Source: Actinomycetes bacterium (GTDB taxonomy: Bacteria > Actinomycetota > Acidimicrobiia > Acidimicrobiales > JAMCQF01). Taken from it: DNA of 64,000 nt. This document shows, piece after piece, positions 55,732-64,000 of the stretch. The notes beneath the pieces are model-generated. The model was not told where the DNA came from. It did no database searches and worked only from the letters and a program-made list of their open reading frames with translations. Each line of letters begins with the position of its first letter. Within the stretch, counting starts at the first letter, position 1. The stretch lies in NCBI GenBank assembly GCA_021851885.1, contig JAJZBS010000001.1, forward strand, positions 24,491 to 88,490. The letters run 5' to 3'. A program made the translations under genes and the position numbers.

Positions 55732-56958
55732 TCATGTCGCCTGCGCGCCGTCCCGCCTACGCCCGTCGACCGTCGCGCTTGCCGTCGCGCTCGCCGTCGC
55801 GCCGCCTACGGCGACGGGTGCCGCCTGGCCACTTTCGGCCTGACGTGCACGCAGGCGGCGCGTCTGGACGATGAAGACGACGGCCCCGACCAGTCCCACC
55901 GCCCAGTAGGCCACGACGCGGTAGACGAGGGCGACAGCCAAGGCGTTGGCAGCGGGCAGCCCCACCAACAAGAATCCCCCGACGATGCCGCCTTCGACAG
56001 CACCGAGGCCGGCGGGAAGAAAGCTCAGCCCGCCGGCCACCTGCGAGGCCGCGTAGGCGAACAGGACGCCCTTCCACGGGACGGCGAACCCGAGGGCGGC
56101 GAAGGCGAGGACGAGGACGCCGGCATCCAGTAGCCAGTTGAGCACCGACCAGCCGATGACCTCGGCACCACCGGGGATCGAGACCCGGTAGGTCATGGTG
56201 TGCTCGATCGCCTGCGCCAGAGTCGCGGCAAAGGGCTTGCGGAGGTGCCGTACGAACCGCCCTTCCCAATCTGGGATCCGATGGACGAGAACCACGAAGC
56301 CCGTCGAACCGGCGACGAGGACGAATCCGGCGACGGCAAGCCCGATCAAGGTCCAGGCGCCGGCGACACCCGCGCCGACGAGGAGAAGGCCGAGGACCGA
56401 GACGGTCGCTGCGAACCCCGAGGCGAGCACGGCCCAGGTCGCAAGCGGCAGCGGCACGTCCCGTGCGTGGTACTGCTCGACGAGCCACCCGCTTGCCGGA
56501 GCCACGCCCACCGGGACGAGATCGACGACGGCGGTCGCCGCCGTCGTCAGGCCCAGAAGCGTGCCGAAGGGAACTGCGTGGCCACCGGCCGCCAGGAATC
56601 GCCGTTGCACGAGTGCCGCCGCCGCGATGGAGACCACCTCGAGCGCAGCGGCGACCCCCAGCCAGGGAAGGCGGTCGACCTGGAAATGCCCGAAAGCCGA
56701 CGTGAAGTCCGAGGCCGCGGCGGGAGCCCGCAACACGAGCGCCACGACGACGCCGAGCACGACGACGCCGGCCAGAAGACGCGCCGTGCGGCGCCAATGG
56801 CGGTGCGGGGCAGGATCGTGCCCGGACCTCGGAGCGCGCGCTACTGCGGCCCGCCGCTGCGGCACCCCGTCCACCGCTGCGGTCGGAGCCGCGGCCGGAG
56901 CCGCGGTGCGACCCGGCTGATCTCGGCCGTACGCGCTCACACGCCCAGCCTGCCGCAC
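55732..56958 (-). CDS. UPF0104 / lysylphosphatidylglycerol-synthase-TM-region-like (flippase-like) membrane protein
   Basis: About 8 TM helices, with a C-terminal FAYAASQVAGGLSFLPAGLGAVEGG motif typical of the family as I recall it. The N-terminal start is uncertain. Confidence 0.7.
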   Translation of the reverse strand: MRQAGRVSAYGRDQPGRTAAPAAAPTAAVDGVPQRRAAVARAPRSGHDPAPHRHWRRTARLLAGVVVLGVVVALVLRAPAAASDFTSAFGHFQVDRLPWLGVAAALEVVSIAAAALVQRRFLAAGGHAVPFGTLLGLTTAATAVVDLVPVGVAPASGWLVEQYHARDVPLPLATWAVLASGFAATVSVLGLLLVGAGVAGAWTLIGLAVAGFVLVAGSTGFVVLVHRIPDWEGRFVRHLRKPFAATLAQAIEHTMTYRVSIPGGAEVIGWSVLNWLLDAGVLVLAFAALGFAVPWKGVLFAYAASQVAGGLSFLPAGLGAVEGGIVGGFLLVGLPAANALAVALVYRVVAYWAVGLVGAVVFIVQTRRLRARQAESGQAAPVAVGGATASATASATVDGRRRDGAQAT

Positions 56959-57045
56959 GCCGGAGCCGGCCTGCCACGGTCGAACGACCTTTTGGTCAGG
57001 GGTGGCCGGCCGCGCTTGTCAGGGAGTCCCGCAGACGGTCAACTT

Positions 57046-57408
57046 TCAGGCGGCACGCGGACGCGAGTCGCCTCCCCCACGATTACCGGGACCGCTCCCG
57101 GGGACCGCCGTGGCTCGGCTCGGCCCCTCAGGGGACGCTGCGAGCATGTCGTGATGGCGTGTCCAGTTCCCCACCGTCTCCGCCAGGGTCTCCTCGAAGC
57201 GCGCCGCGCGCCGGAGAGCTTCGTCAAGCTCGTCGGCGTCCACGAGCACACGGACGCTCGGGTGGGACGCGGGAACCGGCAGGTCCCCGTGGGCACCACC
57301 GCCCACCAATGCCACACCGCCATCGTCGCCCGCACCGCGTCCGCGTCGGGCGACCAGGATTCCCGCTGCCACGACAGACACGGCGGCGGCGATAACGACT
57401 TCCAGCAT
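57046..57408 (-). CDS. Hypothetical 120-aa protein with an N-terminal TM anchor
   Basis: ATG at 57408 with GGGAGGA about 9 nt upstream. MLEVVIAAAVSVVAAGILVARRG TM segment. High GC3. No family recognised. Confidence 0.5.
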   Translation of the reverse strand: MLEVVIAAAVSVVAAGILVARRGRGAGDDGGVALVGGGAHGDLPVPASHPSVRVLVDADELDEALRRAARFEETLAETVGNWTRHHDMLAASPEGPSRATAVPGSGPGNRGGGDSRPRAA

Positions 57409-57593
57409 CTCCGCATTCCTCCCGACTCGGCCGTCCCAAACGATCGCAGTGCGCCGTTCTCGCATCGGCGCGTGCGATGGCTTGCGGCGAGTGTGCTCTG
57501 TGCACGCTGTGGGTGACAGGGCCGAACGGCCTATTGGTGTCGCGCAGACCGCTGCGAGTGGGCACCAGTCCGCCGTCCGGGCACCGCCCAGGG

Positions 57594-58373
57594 TCAGCCC
57601 CGCCGCGTATCCCCCACGACTCCTCCGAAAGTGCCGCCGAGCGCGCGCAGGCCCAGCGCGTCGAGGTGGGAGGCGAACAGCTCCGGGTCGTCGAACATCC
57701 AATCGTGGTCCGCTCGCGGGTCCTGGGCGACCGTGAACGTCGCGCGCAGACGATGTGCGAACTCCCGACCGTCGGATTGCGCCAGGAGAGTGTCGTGGTT
57801 CGCCCACAGCACGTGGCACGGGATCCCGGCGGCGGCGATGGCGTCGATCTCGGGGCGGCGGTCCGTTCCGAAGGCCCACAGGGCGCCGGCCGCGAGCTGG
57901 AGGGGGTGCCGCGTGACGCTGCACACGAAGGCCCGTGTCGCGGCCGGCGTGGCCATGGCGAGGATGCCGAACGGATGCCGCAGCGCCCCCGCCGCCAGAC
58001 CCAAGCGCGCGCGGACCCCCAAGGTGTCCCCGAAGACGCACTCGACAACGCCCTGCGGTCGCCGCGCGGCAAGACCGAGCACGAGGCCACCGCCGAAGGA
58101 GTGGCCGATGAGCGTTACGCGATCCAGCCCACGAGCGTCAAGTGTGGCCTCGATGCAGTCGAGCGCCCGCTCGAAGGTCCACGGCCCCGGCAGATCGAAG
58201 ATCGCCGGTATGACCACCCGCGCCCTGTCGGCTAGGAGGCGAGCGAGGGGCAGGTAGGTCCGTGGCTCCATGCCGAAGCCGTGCAGCAAGACGATCGGAG
58301 CGCCTTGCCCGACGCTGACCGCATGCAGGACATCGGCACGCCCGGTGGGCGGCGTCGAGGACGTGGTGCTCAG
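57594..58373 (-). CDS. Alpha/beta hydrolase fold protein; start codon unresolved
   Basis: PIVLLHGFG oxyanion region, nucleophile elbow GHSFGG, C-terminal His region (DHDWMF). There is no in-frame ATG or GTG between the DUF302 stop (58370) and the HGFG motif, so the 5' boundary given is nominal. Confidence 0.75.
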   Translation of the reverse strand: MSTTSSTPPTGRADVLHAVSVGQGAPIVLLHGFGMEPRTYLPLARLLADRARVVIPAIFDLPGPWTFERALDCIEATLDARGLDRVTLIGHSFGGGLVLGLAARRPQGVVECVFGDTLGVRARLGLAAGALRHPFGILAMATPAATRAFVCSVTRHPLQLAAGALWAFGTDRRPEIDAIAAAGIPCHVLWANHDTLLAQSDGREFAHRLRATFTVAQDPRADHDWMFDDPELFASHLDALGLRALGGTFGGVVGDTRRG

Positions 58374-58768
58374 GTGGTCACGGGTGACAGGCGATTGAGG
58401 GCGTTGCTGATCAGCTCGCGCGCTTCGTCGGCGATTGGCCGGATGGCGTGGCTCCCGACCAGGGCCGCCATCACGCCGGGATCCATCGCCTCCACCCGAA
58501 CGCCCTCTGCGACCTCCCGCACGACCACGTTGCACGGCAGGAGGACGCCGATCTGCGGCTCCGCCTCCAGGGCCCTGCTCGCCAGATCCGGATTGCATGC
58601 CCCCAGGATGACAAAGGGCGCCACCTCCTTGCCGATCTTCGCTTTGAGCGTCGCCTGCACGTCGATCTCTGTCAGCGTGCCGAAGCCCTCGGCCGCCAGC
58701 GCTTCCTTGACGCGCCGCACGACTTCGGCGAAAGCCTCTGTCAGGACCACGCTCTCTTCGAAGACCAT
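58370..58768 (-). CDS. DUF302 domain protein
   Basis: 132 aa. FGTLTEIDVQATLKAKIG, FVILGACNP, LLPCNVVV. This pattern matches DUF302 as I recall it. Confidence 0.8.
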   Translation of the reverse strand: MVFEESVVLTEAFAEVVRRVKEALAAEGFGTLTEIDVQATLKAKIGKEVAPFVILGACNPDLASRALEAEPQIGVLLPCNVVVREVAEGVRVEAMDPGVMAALVGSHAIRPIADEARELISNALNRLSPVTT

Positions 58769-59042
58769 CTCCGCGCCTCCTCGTCTCGGGTGATCGCGCC
58801 CAACCTAGCGATTGATCGCTTCACTGAACAGGGTCCAACGTCCTGGGGCCGCCCGTGCTTCCCTCTCAGCGTCTTCACCCTCATCGCACAGCGTTTCCAA
58901 AGGATTGCATGTTTGCATTCTCCGTATGCCGGATTCGGGGCCGAGGACGCCTGGCGTGCGATCAGGCCAGGAGACGTACCCAGGCGATCCAGGCCTCGAT
59001 CCGGCGGACCACGAAGTGCGTCGCCCGCACATCCTGTCCCGC

Positions 59043-60308
59043 ATGGCGAAGGCCAAACGACGAACTTCCCTCGCCGTTGCAGTCGTCGTCGGCGGGGGGC
59101 TCGGCGCCTACTTCGCGACGGCCTCGCAGGCTGCCAACACCCCGACCACCACAGTCGTCACAGTCGGCTACGGGACGATCCGCCAGTCCGCGTCGGCGAC
59201 TGGCACCATCGCCGCAGCCCAGACCGCCCAGGTCGACTTCGCCGTCAGCGGGCGCGTGTCCGCCGTCGACGTCGCCGTCGGCCAGACCGTCACCGCCGGC
59301 GAAGGACTCGCCGCCGTCGATCCCACGGCACTCCAAGCACAGGTCGACGAGGCCCAGGCGATCCTCGACTCCGACGAAGCACGCCTGTCCGCCGACAGCG
59401 CGTCGGCGTCGGCGTCGTCTGCACAGCTCACGGCAGACCAGGCTGCCGTCACCGCCGCGCAAGCCGACCTCACCTCGACCCAGCAGGCACTCTCCGATGC
59501 GACCCTCTCGTCTCCGATCGCGGGAACCGTCGCCGCCGTCAACATCACCGTCGGCCAGCAGGTCTCCGGCTCGGCGCCGCCCAGTTCGTTGTCTTCGAGC
59601 TCCCAGGCTGCCGGCGGCGGATCCAGCGGCGGGCAGGGCGGAGCGGGCTCTTCCGCTCTCGGCAAGTCGAGCTCCTCAACAGGAAGCGGGTCCGGAAGCT
59701 CGTCGGGGGCGAGCTCGTCGTCGGGCGCGCAGATCGTCGTCATCGGGACCGGCTCCTACGTCGTCGACGCCTCCGTCGACGACACCCAGATCGGCGAGCT
59801 CAAGATTGGTGAGCAGGCCGTCGTCACGCCACAGGGAGCGACGACCCCCGTCTACGGCCAGGTGACATCGTTCGGGATCATGGCAACCCAGAGCTCCGGC
59901 GTGGCGAGCTTCCCCGTCGTGATCGGCGTGACGGGATCGCCGAGCGGGCTGTACCCGGGAGCCACCGCCAACGTCTCCATCGTCGTCAAAGAACTCCAGA
60001 ACGTCCTCGTCGTCCCCACGGCCGCGGTCCGGTTCTCCTCGGGCGGCACGGCGGTCGAGGTCGTCCAGGCAGGACACGACGTCCTGCACACCGTTACCCT
60101 CGCCTCGTCGTCGGGCGGGGACACCCAAGTGGTGAGCGGCCTGCACGCAGGCGAGCGGGTGGTCGAGCGGGTCGTCTCACTGGGCGGCGCCCCCGCCACC
60201 TCCGGATCCGGCTCGACACGCCGGCGCCGCGGCTTCGGCGGCGGGGGCTTCGGCGGCGGGGGCTTCGGCGGCGGGGGCTTCGGCGGCGGGGGCTTCGGCG
60301 GCGGCTGA
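59043..60308 (+). CDS. HlyD/MacA-type periplasmic adaptor (membrane fusion protein) with a Ser/Gly-rich insert and C-terminal (GGFGG)x5 tail
   Basis: ATG at 59043 (MAKAKRRTSLAVAVVVGGGL TM anchor), lipoyl-like VSGRVSAVDVAVGQTVTAGEGLA, coiled-coil hairpin (LQAQVDEAQAILDSDEARL ... LTSTQQAL), SPIAGTVAAVNITVGQQV, beta-barrel and MP domains. Confidence 0.85.
   Translation: MAKAKRRTSLAVAVVVGGGLGAYFATASQAANTPTTTVVTVGYGTIRQSASATGTIAAAQTAQVDFAVSGRVSAVDVAVGQTVTAGEGLAAVDPTALQAQVDEAQAILDSDEARLSADSASASASSAQLTADQAAVTAAQADLTSTQQALSDATLSSPIAGTVAAVNITVGQQVSGSAPPSSLSSSSQAAGGGSSGGQGGAGSSALGKSSSSTGSGSGSSSGASSSSGAQIVVIGTGSYVVDASVDDTQIGELKIGEQAVVTPQGATTPVYGQVTSFGIMATQSSGVASFPVVIGVTGSPSGLYPGATANVSIVVKELQNVLVVPTAAVRFSSGGTAVEVVQAGHDVLHTVTLASSSGGDTQVVSGLHAGERVVERVVSLGGAPATSGSGSTRRRRGFGGGGFGGGGFGGGGFGGGGFGGG
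60231..60305. repeat. Five tandem 15-nt units ggcttcggcggcggg; the last unit ends in c
   Basis: Read directly from the sequence. It encodes the GFGGG/GGFGG x5 extreme C-terminus of the adaptor. Confidence 0.92.
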
Positions 60309-60311
60309 CCC

Positions 60312-61010
60312 ATGACCGTCATCGAGCTTGACGACGTACGCAAGATCTATCGGAGCGGGACCCTTGCGGTCGAAGCCGTCCGCGGCGTGTCCGCAAGGAT
60401 CGACGAGGGCGAGATGGTCGCCATCATGGGCCCGTCGGGATCGGGCAAGTCCACGCTCATGCACATCATCGGCTGCCTTGACGTGCCCACGTCGGGCACC
60501 TACCGCCTCATGGGTGACGACGTCAGCCGGATGTCGGAGGTCGAGCTCGCAGAGGTGCGCAACCACCGCATCGGCTTCGTCTTCCAGCAGTACAACCTTC
60601 TCCCCTCGCTCCAGGCGTGGCGTAACGTCGAGCTCCCCCTCACCTACGCCGGCGTCGGCAAACTCGAGCGCCGGCAGCGCGCGATGGAAGCCCTGGAGCG
60701 TGTGGGGGTCGCCGAACAAGCCCTTCACCGTCCCGGCGAGATGTCCGGCGGCCAGCAGCAGCGCGTCGCCGTCGCCCGAGCCCTCGTCACCAACCCCGAC
60801 CTCATTCTCTGCGACGAGCCCACCGGCGCCCTCGACACCGTCGCCGCCGCCGAGGTGCTCAGCCTGCTCCAGGAGCTTCACCGCGCGGGCCGCACCGTCG
60901 TGCTCATCACCCACGAGGCCGAAGTCGCCGCCGGCGCCGAGAAGATCATGCGCATCCGGGACGGCCTCTTCGTCGGCGACGGGGGCCTGCATGTGGGAGC
61001 CGGCGCGTGA
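60312..61010 (+). CDS. MacB/LolD-type ABC transporter ATP-binding protein
   Basis: Walker [13 protein letters not shown]-loop FVFQQYNLL, signature [15 protein letters not shown], Walker [13 protein letters not shown]. Confidence 0.93.
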   Translation: MTVIELDDVRKIYRSGTLAVEAVRGVSARIDEGEMVAIMGPSGSGKSTLMHIIGCLDVPTSGTYRLMGDDVSRMSEVELAEVRNHRIGFVFQQYNLLPSLQAWRNVELPLTYAGVGKLERRQRAMEALERVGVAEQALHRPGEMSGGQQQRVAVARALVTNPDLILCDEPTGALDTVAAAEVLSLLQELHRAGRTVVLITHEAEVAAGAEKIMRIRDGLFVGDGGLHVGAGA

Positions 61011-62242
61011 GCTGGTCCGAGACCCTCCGGACGGGCGTCGAGGCGGTCCGCTCCCACCGCCTCCGCTCCGCGCTGACGATCCTCGGCATCCTGATCGGGA
61101 TCGCCGCGGTGATCCTCACCGTCGGGCTCGGCGAAGGGGCACAGCAGCAGGTGACTTCCGAGATCTCGGCGCTCGGCACGAACCTGCTGACGGTGACGCC
61201 GGGGAGCTCCACCTCCACGGCCGGGATCCGCGGTGGGTTGGGATCGGCCTCGACCCTCACCCTGCGCGATGCCACAGCGCTCGCGTCGCCGTCTGTCGCA
61301 CCCGACGTCAAAGCCGTGGCCCCCGTCGCCCAGTCCTCGGAGGTGCTCACGGCCGGCAACACCAACTGGACGACCGCCGTCGTCGGGTCGACACCTGCGT
61401 GGCTGAGCGTCCGCGGTCGGCAGCTCGCCGCTGGACGGTTCTTCGACAACCAGGAGCTGTCGAGCGACGCGGCAGTGACCGTTCTCGCGCCCACGACCGC
61501 CAGCGAGCTCTTCGGTCCCGCTGACCCGGTCGGCCAGACCGTCGACGTCGCCGGGATCCCCATGACGGTCATCGGTGTCCTCACCTCGGTCGGGTCCGCG
61601 TCGTCTTCGGCGACATCGCAAGACGACCAGGCGGTCGTCCCGATCACGACGGCAACCCAGAGGATCTTCGGCTCGTCGGGGACGTCCGTCCAGTCCATCC
61701 TCATAGAAGCGACCTCGTCGAGCACCCTGTCAGCCGCCTACCAGGAAACCGACAACGAGCTCCTCGTGCTCCACCACATCACCACCCCGGCCGCCGCCGA
61801 CTTCACGATCACGACTCAGCAGTCGCTTCTATCGACCGCGACGTCCGTCGACAAGACGCTGACCGTCCTGCTCGCCGGGATCGCCGCGATCGCGCTGCTC
61901 GTCGGGGGCATCGGCGTCATGAACATCATGCTCGTCTCCGTGACCGAGCGCGTACGCGAGATCGGCCTCCGCAAAGCTCTCGGGGCGGCACCGGCAACGA
62001 TCCGGCGCCAGTTCCTCGTCGAGGCCTCCGTCCTCGGGCTCGTCGGGGGCGTCTTGGGCGCCGGGCTCGGCATCGTCGGAGCAGAGGTGCTCCCTTTCTT
62101 CATTTCTAATCCTATTGCGATATCCCCGGCTGCGACTGCGGGCGCGATCGTCGTTGCCATCGCCATCGGTGTTGGGTTCGGCGTCTATCCGGCGAGTCGC
62201 GCCGCCCGCCTCGCACCCATCGACGCTCTCCGGAACGAGTAA
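61007..62242 (+). CDS. MacB-type ABC transporter permease (FtsX-like, with periplasmic MacB_PCD-type domain)
   Basis: N-terminal LRSALTILGILIGIAAVI, a large extracytoplasmic domain, and C-terminal LLVGGIGVMNIMLVSVTERVREIGLRKALGA. The start overlaps the ATPase stop (GTGA). Confidence 0.92.
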   Translation: MSWSETLRTGVEAVRSHRLRSALTILGILIGIAAVILTVGLGEGAQQQVTSEISALGTNLLTVTPGSSTSTAGIRGGLGSASTLTLRDATALASPSVAPDVKAVAPVAQSSEVLTAGNTNWTTAVVGSTPAWLSVRGRQLAAGRFFDNQELSSDAAVTVLAPTTASELFGPADPVGQTVDVAGIPMTVIGVLTSVGSASSSATSQDDQAVVPITTATQRIFGSSGTSVQSILIEATSSSTLSAAYQETDNELLVLHHITTPAAADFTITTQQSLLSTATSVDKTLTVLLAGIAAIALLVGGIGVMNIMLVSVTERVREIGLRKALGAAPATIRRQFLVEASVLGLVGGVLGAGLGIVGAEVLPFFISNPIAISPAATAGAIVVAIAIGVGFGVYPASRAARLAPIDALRNE

Positions 62243-62259
62243 AGGAACAGGGAGGACAA

Positions 62260-63207
62260 TTGCGCACGCGCCTCATCACGCTCACGCTCCTCGGGGCCGT
62301 CTCCACCGTTGCGGCGGCATGCGGCGGTGCCGCGGCGGCCCGGACGAACGGCGCTGCGGCCAACGCGTCTGCATCCACGCTTCCGGCCCGGCCGACGGTC
62401 CCCGGGGCGAGCGGCACCGTCGCGGCCATCAACGGATCCTCGATGGAGGTCCAGAACCCCCGGAGTGGCCAAGTCACCGTGGCGTGGACCGCCTCCACGA
62501 GCTTCACCCAGACCTTGATCGTCCAGGCGACGGCGATCACCGTCGGCGCCTGTGTCTCGGCGACCGGAACGCCTGCATCCTCAGATTCGAACGGCGTATC
62601 CGTCGCCGCGACGAGCGTCACCATCTCTCCGTCCGGTGCAGGGGGCAGCTGCACGCGCACCGGTCGCGCCAAGAGCGGGTCCGCCGCTGGCGGAGCGGGC
62701 GGACCTGCCGTCTTCGGCGGCGGCTTCGCCCGGCGTGGCGGTCGTGCGTCGAACAGGGCCACCGGTTCGTCGGGGGCTTCCTCGCGCACCGGTGCGAGCG
62801 GAGCGCCACGCTCCTTCGCCTTTGCAACCGGAACCGTGACCGCGGTGTCAGCAGGCGGGTTCACGGTCGACGGGGTCCTGCGTAGCAGCACCTTCCGGCG
62901 ACCGCGCGGTTCACCGAAAGCCCCCGGGTCCACGACGCCGCCGCCGGTGACGCGTTCGATCACCGTCACGACCAGCTCGTCGACCACCTACCAGCAAGTC
63001 TCGACGACCGGAGCGTCGAGCCTCGGCGTCGGCAAGTGTGTCGTCGCCCGCGGCTCGGCCGACCAGACGGGGGCGATCACTGCGACGGTGATCAGCATCC
63101 GCTCCGCCGGTGCAAACGGGTGCTTCGCCGGGTTCCGAGGCTTCAGCGGGCAAGCCGGTGGCCCCCCAGGGGCCACCGGCAGCTCGGGAGCACCGTCTGG
63201 TGCCTAG
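62260..63207 (+). CDS. Lipoprotein with two DUF5666-like beta-barrel repeats separated by a Gly/Arg/Phe-rich linker
   Basis: TTG start with GGGAGG 5 nt upstream. Signal peptide plus Cys (LLGAVSTVAAAC). The repeat GTVAAINGSSMEVQ...VTVAWTASTSFTQ...VGACVSATG parallels GTVTAVSAGGFTVDG...ITVTTSSSTTYQQ...VGKCVVARG. The family assignment is by resemblance. Confidence 0.65.
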   Translation: MRTRLITLTLLGAVSTVAAACGGAAAARTNGAAANASASTLPARPTVPGASGTVAAINGSSMEVQNPRSGQVTVAWTASTSFTQTLIVQATAITVGACVSATGTPASSDSNGVSVAATSVTISPSGAGGSCTRTGRAKSGSAAGGAGGPAVFGGGFARRGGRASNRATGSSGASSRTGASGAPRSFAFATGTVTAVSAGGFTVDGVLRSSTFRRPRGSPKAPGSTTPPPVTRSITVTTSSSTTYQQVSTTGASSLGVGKCVVARGSADQTGAITATVISIRSAGANGCFAGFRGFSGQAGGPPGATGSSGAPSGA

Positions 63208-64000
63208 CCGGGGGCGCCGTGCCGAACGCATCGGTGTGCGACGGGCCTGGGTTTCCGTCGCCTTCGTGGTCGTCGCGCTCGCAACCGGGATCTCGGCGTG
63301 GGCGCTGACCGCCAGTAGCGGGCCGACCTACCGCACCGCGGGTGCCCGCCTCGCCTCGGTCTCCCAGACCCTCGACACCTCCGGGACCGTCACCGCGGCA
63401 AGCCAGGCGTCGTTGTCCTTCCAAGTCGCCGGGCAGGTTGCCTCCGTCGCCGTGTCCCTCGGGGAGAAGGTCACTGCCGGCCAGGTGGTGGCAACGTTGG
63501 ACACCTCGGCCCTCACCGCGCAGCTCGACGCCGCGTCGTCGGCACTCAGTGCCGCCGACCAGACGCTTGCCACCGACGAGGCGAGTGACGCCTCGGCGAC
63601 GACGGCAGCTTCGGTCGACAGTGCGTCCTTTGCATCCGGACAGGGCGCGCCGACAGGTGGCACCACCGGGCAGATCTCCGCCGCCCAGGGGGTACTCGTC
63701 GCCGACCAGCACACCTCGGACCTCGCCCGCCAGGCAGCGAGCGCCGATCTCGCTGCGGCACAGAGCGCCTGTCCCGCAATAGGACCGGGAGCCGGGACGG
63801 GCCCCGGACCCGGACCCGGACCAGGATCGGAAACCGCTGCCAATGCCCCTGCTGCCGGCGCCCTTGCCGCCGGCAGCGGCCCGCACAGCCCGCAGGGCTG
63901 CATCGCAGCCCTGACGACGGCTTTTGCGTCTCAGGCCAAGGTCGCCAGTGACGAGGCAGCAGTTGCGCACGACGAGCTCGCCTTGGCAAAGCTCCTCTCG
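63200..64000 (+). CDS. Second HlyD-type periplasmic adaptor, N-terminal part; the ORF runs off the window end
   Basis: My own translation of the open frame, which is absent from the track. GTG at 63200 (or 63236), TM anchor WVSVAFVVVALATGISAW, lipoyl-like VAGQVASVAVSLGEKVTAGQVVA, coiled coil (LTAQLDAASSALSAADQTL) interrupted by a Cys-flanked (GP)n insert. Confidence 0.75.
   Translation, partial: MPSRGRRAERIGVRRAWVSVAFVVVALATGISAWALTASSGPTYRTAGARLASVSQTLDTSGTVTAASQASLSFQVAGQVASVAVSLGEKVTAGQVVATLDTSALTAQLDAASSALSAADQTLATDEASDASATTAASVDSASFASGQGAPTGGTTGQISAAQGVLVADQHTSDLARQAASADLAAAQSACPAIGPGAGTGPGPGPGPGSETAANAPAAGALAAGSGPHSPQGCIAALTTAFASQAKVASDEAAVAHDELALAKLLS

Noticed and set aside
1-64000. 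Mobile element, prophage, integron or defence island
   Set aside because: No transposase, integrase, recombinase, phage structural, restriction-modification, Cas, or other recognisable defence gene was found in any frame. No terminal inverted repeats or tRNA-adjacent boundaries were seen. Composition looks uniform apart from short AT-rich patches.

Overview
This is a very GC-rich actinobacterial chromosome segment. The phylum call (Actinomycetota) rests on a mycothiol ligase, the PIM-biosynthesis genes pgsA/acyltransferase/pimA, and a gene order recalled from the Mycobacterium thrS-to-hisS region; the exact taxon cannot be determined from this window. Positions 1-28.9 kb are an almost unbroken minus-strand run of core housekeeping genes: a BNR-repeat secreted protein, rarA, aspS, hisS, rel, secF/secD/yajC, tgt/queA, ruvB/A/C, yebC, pdxT/S, an M48 protease, pimA/acyltransferase/pgsA, then HIT/thrS/mshC/an F420-type reductase. 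The only interruption is a plus-strand EF-G paralog. Many junctions in this run are 4-nt GTGA/ATGA start-stop overlaps. Positions 29-64 kb look more accessory. They hold an ALDH, a quinone oxidoreductase, kdpFABC with a split and permuted kdpD plus kdpE, two tandem GT-C glycosyltransferases, and a metal ABC importer. They also hold a GltD-like Fe-S flavoprotein next to a nifJ-type PFOR, two orphan genes, a secreted 4x Cys-pair repeat protein, an FHA protein, and a UPF0104 membrane protein. The window ends with DUF302 and an alpha/beta hydrolase, then a MacAB-like ABC exporter cluster with two HlyD-type adaptors and a two-domain lipoprotein. I found no rRNA, tRNA, CRISPR, transposase, integrase, prophage or recognisable defence system. 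Most long track ORFs lying antisense or off-frame to these genes are GC-driven shadow ORFs. No clear-cut new system is demonstrable from sequence alone. The best leads are: (1) kdpD split into a kinase half and a sensor half flanking kdpE, plus an extra micro-ORF coupled to kdpF; (2) the five-gene MacAB-like cluster whose exported components carry Gly-Phe low-complexity tails; (3) the GltD-like/PFOR pair; (4) three perfect in-frame 15-nt tandem arrays at CDS 3' ends; (5) a secreted-protein ORF that reads about 0.5 kb antisense through a well-supported neighbouring gene. All start coordinates are inferred by eye from N-terminal conservation and start/SD context, and no database search was run.
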